Shown: piece by piece, positions 48,218 through 58,254 of the stretch
Position numbering within the stretch: the first letter of the stretch is position 1
How the letters are laid out: each line of letters begins with the position of its first letter
DNA from: an uncultured Spirochaetota bacterium
GTDB taxonomy: Bacteria > Spirochaetota > Brevinematia > Brevinematales > JAOACQ01
Length of the DNA stretch: 64,000 nt
Direction: 5' to 3'
Assembly (NCBI GenBank): GCA_963768055.1
Contig: CAVYGN010000001.1
Location: forward strand, 1,376,001 to 1,440,000
Position numbers and translations under genes: made by a program
Notes under the pieces: generated by a model
What the model was told of the DNA's origin: nothing
Database searches by the model: none
What the model saw: only the letters and a program-made list of their open reading frames with translations

Positions 48218-50554
48218 TCACTTCTGGCTGAGAACGAATACGCCGTCCCAATCCGCCGGAGGGGGGGTTTTCTTGTATTTCAGGCACCTGTCGTAATATG
48301 TCTTTGAAGGCGGATCGCCGTTATCTTTCACAAGCTTCCCGAACATTTCCGCGGCCCTTTCCCAATTCTTGCTTCGATACTCCTGAAGGGCTTTATGGTA
48401 TTCTTCGATGGTTAAAAGCTTCTTTTCATCAACTTCGCCTGTCCTTCCCACAAGCTCGAATACTTCCGTCGGGGTCGTCTTGCCGATAACCCTGATCAGA
48501 TCAAGTTTTCTCACGACAAACCTGTCGCCGACCTGGCTGTAAGTGAATTCGGAGATCATCGTATACGTACCGTAGGCTTTATTAGCCCCCTCGAAACGGG
48601 ACGCCGTGTTAACCGTATCTCCCATCATCGTATAGTCCATCCTCTGCTGGGAACCCATATTTCCGATAATGGCGGGCCCGGTATTTAATCCCATCCTCGT
48701 ATAAACGGGAGGATATCCCTCTTTGATCCATTCCTCTCGGAGCCTGCCCAAGGCGTTCTGCATATCTACTGCCGCGTTACAGCATCTTGCGGCATGGTCC
48801 GGATGCGATATCGGGGCCCCGAAGAACGCGACTATCGCATCGCCCTCGTATTTATCGACGGTACCGTCGTTAGTAAGTATGATATCGGTCATTGCGGTCA
48901 GGTATTTATTGAGAAGCGTGACAACCTCTTCAGGACTGAGTTTCTCGGAAATGCTTGTGAACCCGGCTATATCGGAAAAATATGCCGTTATCTCCCTTCT
49001 TTCGCCGCCTAATTTTAAAAGGTTCGGGTTCTCTATAACCTCTTTCACCACCTCGGGGGATAGATACTGCATGAAGGCTTTTCTTATATAGTTCTTCTGC
49101 CTGTCGTAAGATATGAATTTATAAGCGGTAAAAAGAACTATGCCGATTATAAAACTTGTAAGGATCAAAATATAATTGAAAATGACGCCGAAAACCGCAA
49201 GAAAAAGATATTCTAAAAGCAGGACCCCGGCCAGCCCTATAAGCGCCGTGATAGATTCCCTTAGAGCGGAGGTTACCCTGATGCTGGTCAGATATACGCC
49301 GAGAACTATAATAATGGCAATAAGTAAGTTCCAGATGAAGGGCAGTTCGGTAAGAAAGGCCTTCTGCTTGATCATGTTGATGATGTTTCCCTGCATAAGC
49401 ACAAGCGGGGCCGCCGGATCTATGGTAATCATGCCTATATCGGTTCCCGCGGCAGCCGTTTCCCCGATTATCGTTATTTTACCCTTTATTACGGAAAGCT
49501 GGTTCGACAGTTCCTTGAAAAGTTTTATATTGCTCTTAATGTTGTCGCGGTCTTCGTCAGAAATATCCTTGCTGTCAAGATAAGGAATCTGCTCTTCCAC
49601 AGTTTTTTTAAGGTTGTAATAGCTTACAAGGTAGTAGAATGGAATATGGCGCGCAGCCCCCCCGAACGAGTTGGCCCAGTTTTTAGTCCAGTTTATGTAC
49701 ATCTGACCTTTCCCGTTAATAGGTATAGTAATGGCTTCCCCGCCCTTCGTTACAAGTTTCACGAATTGTCCGGGTCTTATCTCTATCCTGTTAGTATCCA
49801 CGTTCAATTCGTCCATTATCAACGGCAAAGTCAATTGAGGAACCAGGTAATCTTTATAGATCCTGAACAATGCAATCTTCCGGAGAGATCCGTCTATATC
49901 CTTGTCCGCAGTGGTGAAGCCCAGCCCCTTGGCGGCGAGGTACAGCGGAAATACCGGGCTTTCCATGTATTTATCTACCATGAGGCTGTTGGTGAGCCTT
50001 TTGTCCTTTAACGGCAGGAAAAACATATCGATCATCTGAAGTTCCCGGAATTCGTCAGCCTCCGCTACGGTTCTTGTCTTTTTAGTTTCCTGCACGCCCC
50101 TGCAGGCGAGATAAACGTTGGTAGTTCCGGTGCCGAAAGCCCTCGTCAGCACCTTGTCGGGATCGACAACAAGGTCTGAAATTATATTCTGAACGGGAGA
50201 TGAAGTCCTGTCGTCCTTAAGCCTGTCGTAATTATCGCTATTCAGGGATTTCGGGGCGGGGTTGATATACTCTATGTCGAGGAGAATTTTATCGGCGCCG
50301 AGGTCCTTGAGGGCTTCGATCCCCACTGCGAATTTGTCCCTCTGGATCGGCCAGCTTCCAAGCACGTCTATCGTCTGGTCGTCTATGGCAACGAACATGA
50401 TCTTGTCCCATTCTTTCGGCTGGGGTTTTAAACTTGAAAAGATATCGTACATCTTCAGATCGATAAGCTTGCCTCCGGCGCTTAAAGACGCGAGAAGGCC
50501 TAAAATTATGCTTATCAGAATAAAAGAAATTTCTGTAAAGTTTTTCCTGCTCAA
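48218..50554 (-). CDS. CHASE2-domain class III adenylate cyclase
   Basis: VAIDD..LGSWP..R and DIDGSLRK (CHASE2), 3 TM helices, FSDIAGFT, DKYEGDA, DYTMMGDTVNTASRFEG (ATP-specifying K/D). Confidence 0.95.
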   Translation of the reverse strand: MSRKNFTEISFILISIILGLLASLSAGGKLIDLKMYDIFSSLKPQPKEWDKIMFVAIDDQTIDVLGSWPIQRDKFAVGIEALKDLGADKILLDIEYINPAPKSLNSDNYDRLKDDRTSSPVQNIISDLVVDPDKVLTRAFGTGTTNVYLACRGVQETKKTRTVAEADEFRELQMIDMFFLPLKDKRLTNSLMVDKYMESPVFPLYLAAKGLGFTTADKDIDGSLRKIALFRIYKDYLVPQLTLPLIMDELNVDTNRIEIRPGQFVKLVTKGGEAITIPINGKGQMYINWTKNWANSFGGAARHIPFYYLVSYYNLKKTVEEQIPYLDSKDISDEDRDNIKSNIKLFKELSNQLSVIKGKITIIGETAAAGTDIGMITIDPAAPLVLMQGNIINMIKQKAFLTELPFIWNLLIAIIIVLGVYLTSIRVTSALRESITALIGLAGVLLLEYLFLAVFGVIFNYILILTSFIIGIVLFTAYKFISYDRQKNYIRKAFMQYLSPEVVKEVIENPNLLKLGGERREITAYFSDIAGFTSISEKLSPEEVVTLLNKYLTAMTDIILTNDGTVDKYEGDAIVAFFGAPISHPDHAARCCNAAVDMQNALGRLREEWIKEGYPPVYTRMGLNTGPAIIGNMGSQQRMDYTMMGDTVNTASRFEGANKAYGTYTMISEFTYSQVGDRFVVRKLDLIRVIGKTTPTEVFELVGRTGEVDEKKLLTIEEYHKALQEYRSKNWERAAEMFGKLVKDNGDPPSKTYYDRCLKYKKTPPPADWDGVFVLSQK

Positions 50555-50565
50555 TCAGGGTCTCC

Positions 50566-51750
50566 TTAAATATGAACGCTGACGCCCCCGATCAGCTCGA
50601 ACCTGTTAGTTTCATCGGTAAAGGCATCTCCTTTGATAAAATATCCGCCCGTGATAAATATCGTGAAATCAGGATCGATATCGTATATTACGGAGCCTGA
50701 AATTTCATGCCCTATCGAATAACCGCTGCCGTCGTAGTAACCGTTAACTGAATCGTTAGTCGTCATCCTTGTAAAGTAATAATAATTCACGCTCAGCGTA
50801 AGGTGGTCGCCAAGTACCTTAAGCAGGACGCCGCCCTGCGCCATGATCATATTGGCTAACTTCGGCTGTAATATTATTCCCGTATTGTACTGGCCGAATG
50901 TATCGAACTGGCCGTAGGACTGCCCTGAATTCGTATTTGTATTATCGTTGCCTGTCGCGGCGGAAACTTTCGCTATAAAGCCGTACTTAAAATCCCCCCC
51001 CGAAAGGTAATAAACTCCCAGGTTGCCCCCGAAAGCAAGTATGGAGTTTGAAGGCGTGTAGTTCCCAGCCTCTCCCAGAATATTGCCGGATAAGACGAGG
51101 CTATCGATAATGGAAGTTTTAGCGTTAATTCCGAAATAGATCGGATTATAGCTGTTGTTCGTCGACATGTCCTGGGAATACAGGACGACGGCCCCTATGG
51201 ATTCAAGCCCCAGTCCTTTCTTTTCAAGCTCAAGCCCGCCGAACAGCCTGTCCGGCCCGTTCGACAGGATGAGATCGGAATATGTCATATCGAACTGGTT
51301 GATTTCTATGGGCAGAAACCCGGAATAATATGCGCCGGAATAATACACATAAAGCCTTTCCGAAAAACCGAGGAGGTTCAAATCTAAATTCAACCCGTCG
51401 GCCAGGTTTCCTATCAATATTCCGTCCCCCTCCACGTAATAATCCCTTCCGGCCAGAAGATTAAAGGAATCGCTGTTATAAGTGTAACTGAGCCTGTCAA
51501 CGTAGAGTGTGTTAGTCTTATAGAAGTCGAAATATGTATCCTTGAGCCTGAATTTCAAAAAAGACTGGTCCTCGAAATAAAATTTCAGGCCCACATTGGC
51601 GATATTGTAAAAACTGTAATAACTGCTATCGTTTGTATCCATTCCCAATACCATCATCGGTATGTCCTCAAGGGAAAAATCGAATTGAAAACCGAATAAC
51701 GGCATATAACCCAAAAACACTGTCAGAAGTAATATCGATAGTCTCTTCAT
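50566..51750 (-). CDS. Putative outer-membrane beta-barrel protein
   Basis: Signal peptide, alternating aromatic beta strands, IGHEI..SVIY and terminal GGVSVHI. Confidence 0.7.
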   Translation of the reverse strand: MKRLSILLLTVFLGYMPLFGFQFDFSLEDIPMMVLGMDTNDSSYYSFYNIANVGLKFYFEDQSFLKFRLKDTYFDFYKTNTLYVDRLSYTYNSDSFNLLAGRDYYVEGDGILIGNLADGLNLDLNLLGFSERLYVYYSGAYYSGFLPIEINQFDMTYSDLILSNGPDRLFGGLELEKKGLGLESIGAVVLYSQDMSTNNSYNPIYFGINAKTSIIDSLVLSGNILGEAGNYTPSNSILAFGGNLGVYYLSGGDFKYGFIAKVSAATGNDNTNTNSGQSYGQFDTFGQYNTGIILQPKLANMIMAQGGVLLKVLGDHLTLSVNYYYFTRMTTNDSVNGYYDGSGYSIGHEISGSVIYDIDPDFTIFITGGYFIKGDAFTDETNRFELIGGVSVHI

Positions 51751-51766
51751 CAGAATCCTCCCTTGA

Positions 51767-52453
51767 TCACAATCTTTCAGGTTCAGTCGTTGGCTGTGAC
51801 GGACCCGATCCCTTAGGCGGATAGAATAAGGGCCCCTTGAAGCCGCCGTTAAGGTTATGGTTCCCTATATCGTTATCGCCGAACTGATCGTTCTGGTTAA
51901 GACCGCCGTAGTTATTGTCGAAATTGCCGTAGAATTTATGGTCCCCCGACACTCCCCCCTGCTCCCCATGTCCCGCTTCAAAGCCGTTTCCATGGTTGTC
52001 AGAGATCAGGACATGGCCGTCAATTACAAAGACAGTCATCCCCCTGTAAGATTTATATCCGACGTTCTCCTCCGTACCGAGGACCGACGCAGTTCCGCTG
52101 GGGGTCTGGACCTTGAAGCTCGAAGGGCTTCCCTGGATCTTGGTGAACCTAACCTTCACCTTGCCGGTCTGGACCGCCAATTTCTGGTCATGCGTTCCTG
52201 CCATATTCATATCCTTGAAAGTGACCATCGAAAGCTCGTTCACCTCGAAAAATCCGTCCTCGGTTTCCACCCTTACCCTCGAACTGATGCCTGTCATTAT
52301 TTTATCGCCGTCCTTGATCTCCATTGATAAGGACGCCTTCTGCCAGCTACCCCCCGTGAGGACATCGACCTTTCCGGTCATGTCCTTTATCGTTCCGGCT
52401 GATAACGGCCCGAATACAAGCAGTAACGCCGTAATAATAATCCCTGTCTTCAT
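51767..52453 (-). CDS. FecR-domain exported protein
   Basis: GDKIMTG..SRVRV and FKVQTPSGTASVLGT...VFVIDGHV. Confidence 0.85.
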   Translation of the reverse strand: MKTGIIITALLLVFGPLSAGTIKDMTGKVDVLTGGSWQKASLSMEIKDGDKIMTGISSRVRVETEDGFFEVNELSMVTFKDMNMAGTHDQKLAVQTGKVKVRFTKIQGSPSSFKVQTPSGTASVLGTEENVGYKSYRGMTVFVIDGHVLISDNHGNGFEAGHGEQGGVSGDHKFYGNFDNNYGGLNQNDQFGDNDIGNHNLNGGFKGPLFYPPKGSGPSQPTTEPERL

Positions 52454-52467
52454 AAATGTTCCTCCTT

Positions 52468-52887
52468 TTACTCGCGGGACTTTATTGTCCCTGTGAGCTC
52501 GATCAATTCCATCCCGGATATTCCCCTGTCCCAGGCGAATGCTTCCGGGTATATCCCTTCGTACACCAGGCTTAAAGCGGCGTATCTCGACCAGCCTGTA
52601 ATGATGTAAAGAATGCCGCCTCCGGCCTTTTTAAGCTCGATGGCGATCACAGCCAGGGTGCCGGCGTCAAGGACGGCGTCCCTGTTCATGCCCTTGATCG
52701 TCCGGTTGGATATCTGGTCTATGTCGGCCATTACCGCGTCGGGATTGTCGATCGAATAAATAACATATATCGCGTCGCCTACCGTGGCAATTTTTTTGTC
52801 CATTATGGCCCTCATGTCCTCGTTGGAAAGGGCGTGCATACCGCCTGCCGCGAAAAGCGTTAAAAGAATCATTACGAAAAATCTCAT
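52468..52887 (-). CDS. Exported hypothetical protein
   Basis: Signal peptide; KAGGGILYII..WSRYAALSLVYEGI...ISGMELI. Confidence 0.75.
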   Translation of the reverse strand: MRFFVMILLTLFAAGGMHALSNEDMRAIMDKKIATVGDAIYVIYSIDNPDAVMADIDQISNRTIKGMNRDAVLDAGTLAVIAIELKKAGGGILYIITGWSRYAALSLVYEGIYPEAFAWDRGISGMELIELTGTIKSRE

Positions 52888-52899
52888 TATTTACCTCCT

Positions 52900-54597
52900 T
52901 TAATCTCCGACATTTGTAACTAAATCACCCCCCGTATTTCCGCTAATATTGTCAAGGATGAAATAATTGATCGTATTCATATAGCCTAAAACCCCTCCGC
53001 CGCTGTTGCCGCCCCCTGCAGCTGAATTGCCGGTTATAGTACAATTGATAAAGTAGTTATTACCGCTTGAAGAGTCAAGAAATACTCCGCCGCCCCATGT
53101 AATAGTGTTATTTCCGGTTATAAAACAGTTGCTCACAATGTTGCCTGACGAATTATAAAAAGCGAATCCCCCTCCGTCCTGCCACGAAAGGTTTACAGCA
53201 CAATCGTTATTCGATACGACAAAATTGTTGAAGGTATTATTTCCAGAAGTATCCAGAAGCACTCCGTTGCCGTTCGTGGAATTCCTTATCACAAGGTTAT
53301 TGAACGTGAGATTTGTCGATCCTGATATATCCAGCACAAAATATTGTGAAGAAACATAATAGTAAAAACCCCCATCCAGGACACTCATTCCATTCGCAGC
53401 GGTAAAATTATTATTAAAACCCCCCGTAAGAGCGATATTCTGAACATTATTGAAGTAAACCCCCGGCATCGAGGAAGCTATTGCCGATGTCGACAAACCG
53501 ATGTTGGTAGAATAGACCCCTGACTGCAGAAATATATTGTGCATTCCCCAGGTTACCGCGTCGGCTAAGGCGGTCTGAATTGTAAGCAAGGGTGATGAAG
53601 GCGTAATGCCGCTATAAGTGTCGTTCCCGGTGCCAAACGGGGCGACAAAGACCGTATTGGGACCGCCCCTCCATAACGAAGGGATTTGCGCGTCGTATGT
53701 CGTGGTGTTGTAGCGGTACAGGTTGTAATACCCCTTCCCGTACCTGTCGGATGAGAAATATACCTTATAATGGTCGGCTGTGTCGATGAATGGATAAGCG
53801 TCGTTAAAGGACGAAGCGTAAGCGGAAATGGCATAAGTGGCCAGGCCGCTTGCCGGCCCTGTTATATATATTTCACCGCCAAGCTGCCTTTTAGCGCCGG
53901 GCGTGCTGTCGTATAACATATAAATGCTTGTAAATGTCCCGGAAGAGACCTGGTAGCCCGCGACGGAATTGTGCGGGCTCGATGCCAATATCGAACCGGT
54001 TTGCATCCAGTATCCGGCATTCCAAGAATAATTCAAAATAGTTGAAGGACTGCTTTTCTGAACTACCAGTAAATATGGAGCACCGCTCGCCGGGGTAATT
54101 ACATTTATATCAACTGCGTCTGCACCGGGTATACTTATAACCGAACCGCTTACATGAAACGCTGAGTCAAGCGGGTATGTCAATATATTCGTAGTAGCGG
54201 CGGTTTCTGAAATATATGAAATGTATGTAATGCCGCTGTACTGAAATAACACAGGGGAAAAATCAATGGTACCGGCCTGGTTGATATCAGTCCCCAATTC
54301 ATTAAGGTTGAAAAACTTTCCCGCCGAATCCATCTGCGCATAATAAACGGCTAGAGAGCCGCCCCTGTCGGAAGCGAAAAATATATATGTGTTCCCGCCG
54401 TTCCTGAACATGAAGGGCGTGATATCGTTCGCGGTATCGGAACTGAGATAGCCTCCCCCCTCCATGGCCAGACTCAACTTTTCCGCCTGCCGGGACGTCT
54501 TTCCGCTGTTAGTGCCGTTATGCGATAAAAAACCGCTGCAGCTGTAAAGCGCCGCCGCCGCGTTAATCACTAAGATTATTCTTAATATTGCTTTCAT
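52900..54597 (-). CDS. Lipoprotein: PD40/TolB-like N-terminal region plus right-handed beta-helix (paralogue A)
   Basis: LYSC lipobox, FFASDRGG / YFSSDRYG repeats, and GGG-containing parallel beta-helix repeats. Confidence 0.8.
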   Translation of the reverse strand: MKAILRIILVINAAAALYSCSGFLSHNGTNSGKTSRQAEKLSLAMEGGGYLSSDTANDITPFMFRNGGNTYIFFASDRGGSLAVYYAQMDSAGKFFNLNELGTDINQAGTIDFSPVLFQYSGITYISYISETAATTNILTYPLDSAFHVSGSVISIPGADAVDINVITPASGAPYLLVVQKSSPSTILNYSWNAGYWMQTGSILASSPHNSVAGYQVSSGTFTSIYMLYDSTPGAKRQLGGEIYITGPASGLATYAISAYASSFNDAYPFIDTADHYKVYFSSDRYGKGYYNLYRYNTTTYDAQIPSLWRGGPNTVFVAPFGTGNDTYSGITPSSPLLTIQTALADAVTWGMHNIFLQSGVYSTNIGLSTSAIASSMPGVYFNNVQNIALTGGFNNNFTAANGMSVLDGGFYYYVSSQYFVLDISGSTNLTFNNLVIRNSTNGNGVLLDTSGNNTFNNFVVSNNDCAVNLSWQDGGGFAFYNSSGNIVSNCFITGNNTITWGGGVFLDSSSGNNYFINCTITGNSAAGGGNSGGGVLGYMNTINYFILDNISGNTGGDLVTNVGD

Positions 54598-54772
54598 AAG
54601 CCCTCCCCCGATTTAACCCTCCGAAGCTCTTGTCGCAGTAATTTTGATAACCGGGAATATCATTGTCAATTAATTAAACATATAATTGTTAAATAAAACC
54701 CGTGTCCGGGGCAACCATGATACCTGATTTTATAAAATATTCCTCCTTAATCTGCGGAGTTCGACCCAAATA

Positions 54773-56518
54773 TTATCCCCCGCTGTTATTGTTTGTCGAC
54801 GCATCGTCCGGGCCGCCCGAATTTGAATTATTGATGATGGTTGTACCGGGGAAATAATTTCTCAAATCAAGAAGCGAAGTGGAATTCGTACTATAGCAAT
54901 AAACGCCGCCGCCGGGGCTGTAATATATCAAATTATACATTATACTGCAATTATTGAAATAATTGCTCGTGCTATTTTGATCAAGATATACTCCACCGCC
55001 GTACCAAAGGGCATTATTAAAAGTTATCAAACAATTATTGAATACATTGTTCCATGAACCCGTGGCATAAATACCGCCGCCTTCTATTGGAATTGTGTAC
55101 TGTAAGGAGTAAAAACCGTTATTCGATATGACCAGGTTGCTGAATACCGAATTAACTACTCCGCTTAAGTACACTCCCTGCCCGTTCGTCGCGTTCCTTA
55201 TCACAAGATTATTGAACGTGAGATTTGCCGAAGATAATATATCCAGCACATAATATTGTGAAGATTGATTATAGTAATAACCCCCGTCCAGAACGCTCAT
55301 TCCGTTCGCAGCGGTAAAATTATTATCAAAACCCCCCGTAAGGGCGATATTCTGAACATTATTGAAGTAAACCCCCGGCGTCGAGGAAGCCATTGCCGAT
55401 GTCGACAAACCGATGTTGGTAGAATAGACCCCTGACTGCAGAAATATATTGTGCATTCCCCAGCTTACCGCATCGTTTACGGCGTTCTGAATTGTAAGAA
55501 GGGGCGATGATGGAACAAAGCCGCTGTGAGAGTCGCTGCCAGGGTTGGCCGTACCCAGCGGGGCGACAAATACCGTATTGGGCCCGCCCTTCCATAATGA
55601 TGGAATTTGCGCGTCGTAAGTCGTGGTGTTGTAGCGGTAAAGGTTGTAATACCCCTTCCCGTACCTGTCGGACGAGAAATACACCTTGTAATGGTCTGCA
55701 GCGTCGATGAAGGGATATGCATCGTTAAAGGACGAAGAGTAAGCTGATATAGGATATGGAGCCAAACCGGTAAGCGATGCTTCGGTTATCCAAACTTCCC
55801 CGCTGAGCTGCCTTTTGGAGCCGGCCGTGCTGTCGTATAGCATGTAAAGGCTTGTAAACGGTCCGGAAGAGACCTGGTAGCCAGCGACTGAATTGTGGGG
55901 GCTCGATACCGCTATCGAACCTGTTTGCATCCAGTATCCGGCATTCCAAGAATAATTCAAAATAGTTGAAGGATTGCTTTTCTGAACTACCAGTAAATAT
56001 GGAGCACCGCTCGCCGGGGTAATTACATTTATATCAACTGCGTCTGCGCTGGGTATACTTATAACCGAACCGCTTACATGAAACGCTGAGTTAACGGGGT
56101 ATGTAAATATATTTGTAGCACCGGCGGTTTCTGAAATATACGAAATGTATGTATTGCCGCCGTATTGAAACAGTACGGGAGAAAAATTAACAGTCCCGGC
56201 CTGGTTTATATCAGTCCCCAATTTATTCAGGTTGTAAAACAGCCCCGCCGAATCCATCTGCGCGTAATAAATGGCAAGAGCGCCGTCCCTGTCCGATGCG
56301 AAAAAAATATAAGTGCTCCCGTTCCTGAACATGAAGGGCGTAATATCGTTCGCGGTATCGGAACTGAGATATCCGCCCCCCTCCATCGCCAGGTTAAGCT
56401 TCTCAGCCTGCCGGGTTGTCTTACCGCTGTTCGTGCCGTTATGCGACAGGTACCCGCTGCAGCTGTAAAGCGCCGCCGCCACAGCAATAACCATGAATAT
56501 TCTTAATACTGTTTTCAT
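54773..56518 (-). CDS. Lipoprotein: PD40/TolB-like region plus right-handed beta-helix (paralogue B)
   Basis: Highly similar to 52900..54597 except for the C-terminal ~130 aa. Confidence 0.8.
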   Translation of the reverse strand: MKTVLRIFMVIAVAAALYSCSGYLSHNGTNSGKTTRQAEKLNLAMEGGGYLSSDTANDITPFMFRNGSTYIFFASDRDGALAIYYAQMDSAGLFYNLNKLGTDINQAGTVNFSPVLFQYGGNTYISYISETAGATNIFTYPVNSAFHVSGSVISIPSADAVDINVITPASGAPYLLVVQKSNPSTILNYSWNAGYWMQTGSIAVSSPHNSVAGYQVSSGPFTSLYMLYDSTAGSKRQLSGEVWITEASLTGLAPYPISAYSSSFNDAYPFIDAADHYKVYFSSDRYGKGYYNLYRYNTTTYDAQIPSLWKGGPNTVFVAPLGTANPGSDSHSGFVPSSPLLTIQNAVNDAVSWGMHNIFLQSGVYSTNIGLSTSAMASSTPGVYFNNVQNIALTGGFDNNFTAANGMSVLDGGYYYNQSSQYYVLDILSSANLTFNNLVIRNATNGQGVYLSGVVNSVFSNLVISNNGFYSLQYTIPIEGGGIYATGSWNNVFNNCLITFNNALWYGGGVYLDQNSTSNYFNNCSIMYNLIYYSPGGGVYCYSTNSTSLLDLRNYFPGTTIINNSNSGGPDDASTNNNSGG

Positions 56519-56624
56519 ACCCTCACCCCCGTCTAAATCTACCCATAGTTTAACTTACACTCATAACCGTTGTCAATTAAACTGATTCTTTTTAAATATC
56601 CCTAAAGGATAAGCCCTCATGGCC

Positions 56625-57620
56625 TTAAAACCCGGACCTTAACGATGAGGGGACTTCCTTATCGTAAGTCATCACATTATACCTGTAAAGGTTGAAACCT
56701 TTACCGAGCCTGTCGGAGGCGAAATACACCTTGTATCCACCGCCTGTATCTACATAGGGATAAGCGTCGTCTGCAGTAGAAGAATAATTAGAGATCGCGA
56801 AAGTGCTAAGATTCGTGACATTTCCGAAACTCCAGACCTCGCCTGCCAGCTGCCTTATAGCCCCGGAAAACGTATCGTATATGATGTACATATTTGTGGC
56901 CGGCCCTGCCGTAGTCACGAACTCCGATGCAGAATAATGCGGGACTGTCAGGTTTATCGCGTTGGTAAAGGACCATGTAAAACCTGCCGAAACGAATAAA
57001 CTGTGAAAGTAATATTCCTGGAACGTCTTCGCTCCCGAGCCCGTCCCATCCACGGCAATAAGGAATGGGGTCCCGTCACTGCCGGTGTAGGAGCTTATCT
57101 GAATGAAATCGGATATGCCCGATATCGGAAAAGAAGATATAGTAGTACCATTCGTTACGAACGACTGGTCGATCCCGTATGTCTGGATATTTGTCAGGCT
57201 GTTCTTGAACGCAACGAAATTCACGGTCATAAATGAAATGAAATTAGACCCTCCGAACTGGAACACCACGGGTGAAAAATTAGTCGTGCCGGTCTGGTTT
57301 ATATCGGGGCCCATCTCTTTAAGGTTGAAAAAATTACCGGCTGAATCCATCTGGGCGTAATAGATGGCGTATGTCCCGCCCCTGTCCGATGCAAAGAAGA
57401 GATAAGCGTTCCCGGTGCTCTTATCCCTGAAAAGGAACGGGGTTATATCGTTGGCTGTGTCAGAACTGACATAACCGCCTCCCTCTAGGGCCAGGTTAAT
57501 TTTCTCGACCTGCCGGGAGCTCTTCCCGCTGTTAGTCGCGTTGTTTGTAAGATAGCCGCTGCATGAAGTTAGGGCTTCCGCGGCTATTATCGATATATAT
57601 ATTTTATTAACACGGCTCAT
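56625..57620 (-). CDS. Lipoprotein with PD40/TolB-like region only (paralogue C)
   Basis: LTSC lipobox; shares EGGGY.SSDTANDITPF...FFASDR and YFASDR; ends where the beta-helix begins in A and B. Confidence 0.8.
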   Translation of the reverse strand: MSRVNKIYISIIAAEALTSCSGYLTNNATNSGKSSRQVEKINLALEGGGYVSSDTANDITPFLFRDKSTGNAYLFFASDRGGTYAIYYAQMDSAGNFFNLKEMGPDINQTGTTNFSPVVFQFGGSNFISFMTVNFVAFKNSLTNIQTYGIDQSFVTNGTTISSFPISGISDFIQISSYTGSDGTPFLIAVDGTGSGAKTFQEYYFHSLFVSAGFTWSFTNAINLTVPHYSASEFVTTAGPATNMYIIYDTFSGAIRQLAGEVWSFGNVTNLSTFAISNYSSTADDAYPYVDTGGGYKVYFASDRLGKGFNLYRYNVMTYDKEVPSSLRSGF

Positions 57621-57699
57621 ATTATCCTCCTATGTAAAAAAGCTAAATAATTTACACAGGATCGTCAATAGGTTGGTGAAAAGAAATGTAATTTCGAGG

Positions 57700-57894
57700 A
57701 CTTTAGACATCTCAACGGCAATGATTCGGGGGATTTAGAGGCTTAATCCCGTCCTGTTTTTGAAATGCTGTTCAATAGGGCCAACATATAGAAAGATGTG
57801 TTGCTCCCGTATCTGCAAGAGCGGATACATCTATTCCCTGCAGCTCGTGTTTTCTTGGATTCTTTAATAACAATTTCTCATAAGACAATCCCAT
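57700..57894 (-). pseudogene. Degraded clan AA aspartic protease gene
   Basis: GGAGG RBS then MGLSYEKLLLKNPRKHELQGIDVSALADTGATHLSI; a shifted frame gives YVGPIEQHFKNRTG; internal deletions. Confidence 0.75.
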
Positions 57895-58061
57895 AAATCC
57901 TCCCGTATGAATACACATAATATCCTATATTATTTTACTTATTAAATCAAAACAGCACCGGAACCGAAGATATGCAGGTAAGTCGCACATAAGGGGATAC
58001 ACATTATAATTATGGAATTATCCATGAAATCATCGTATAATTATCAATGATGATTGTGAAT

Positions 58062-58211
58062 TACACTGAGTCTCAGAGACGCGGAGAATTTATAAGAAAA
58101 GGTCCATTAATTAAATTATTCTATTCATTACTTACCAGAAATGATTTTAAAATGATTTTAAAGGACATATTAAGATTGATATATAAAAAAAACTCTGTGA
58201 CTCTGTGGCTT
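58062..58211. repeat. 9-mer-type inverted repeat element (CAGAGACGCGGAG ... CTCTGTGACTCTGTGG)
   Basis: Inverted 9-bp tandem units flanking an AT-rich spacer. Confidence 0.55.
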
Positions 58212-58254
58212 GTAAAATAATCCTCGAAACCATAATTTTTATTTGGGTTTAAGA

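Noticed and set aside
52900..56518. Diversity-generating retroelement TR/VR pair
   Set aside because: Differences in the stretches compared are not adenine-specific, both copies are full genes, and no reverse transcriptase is in the window.
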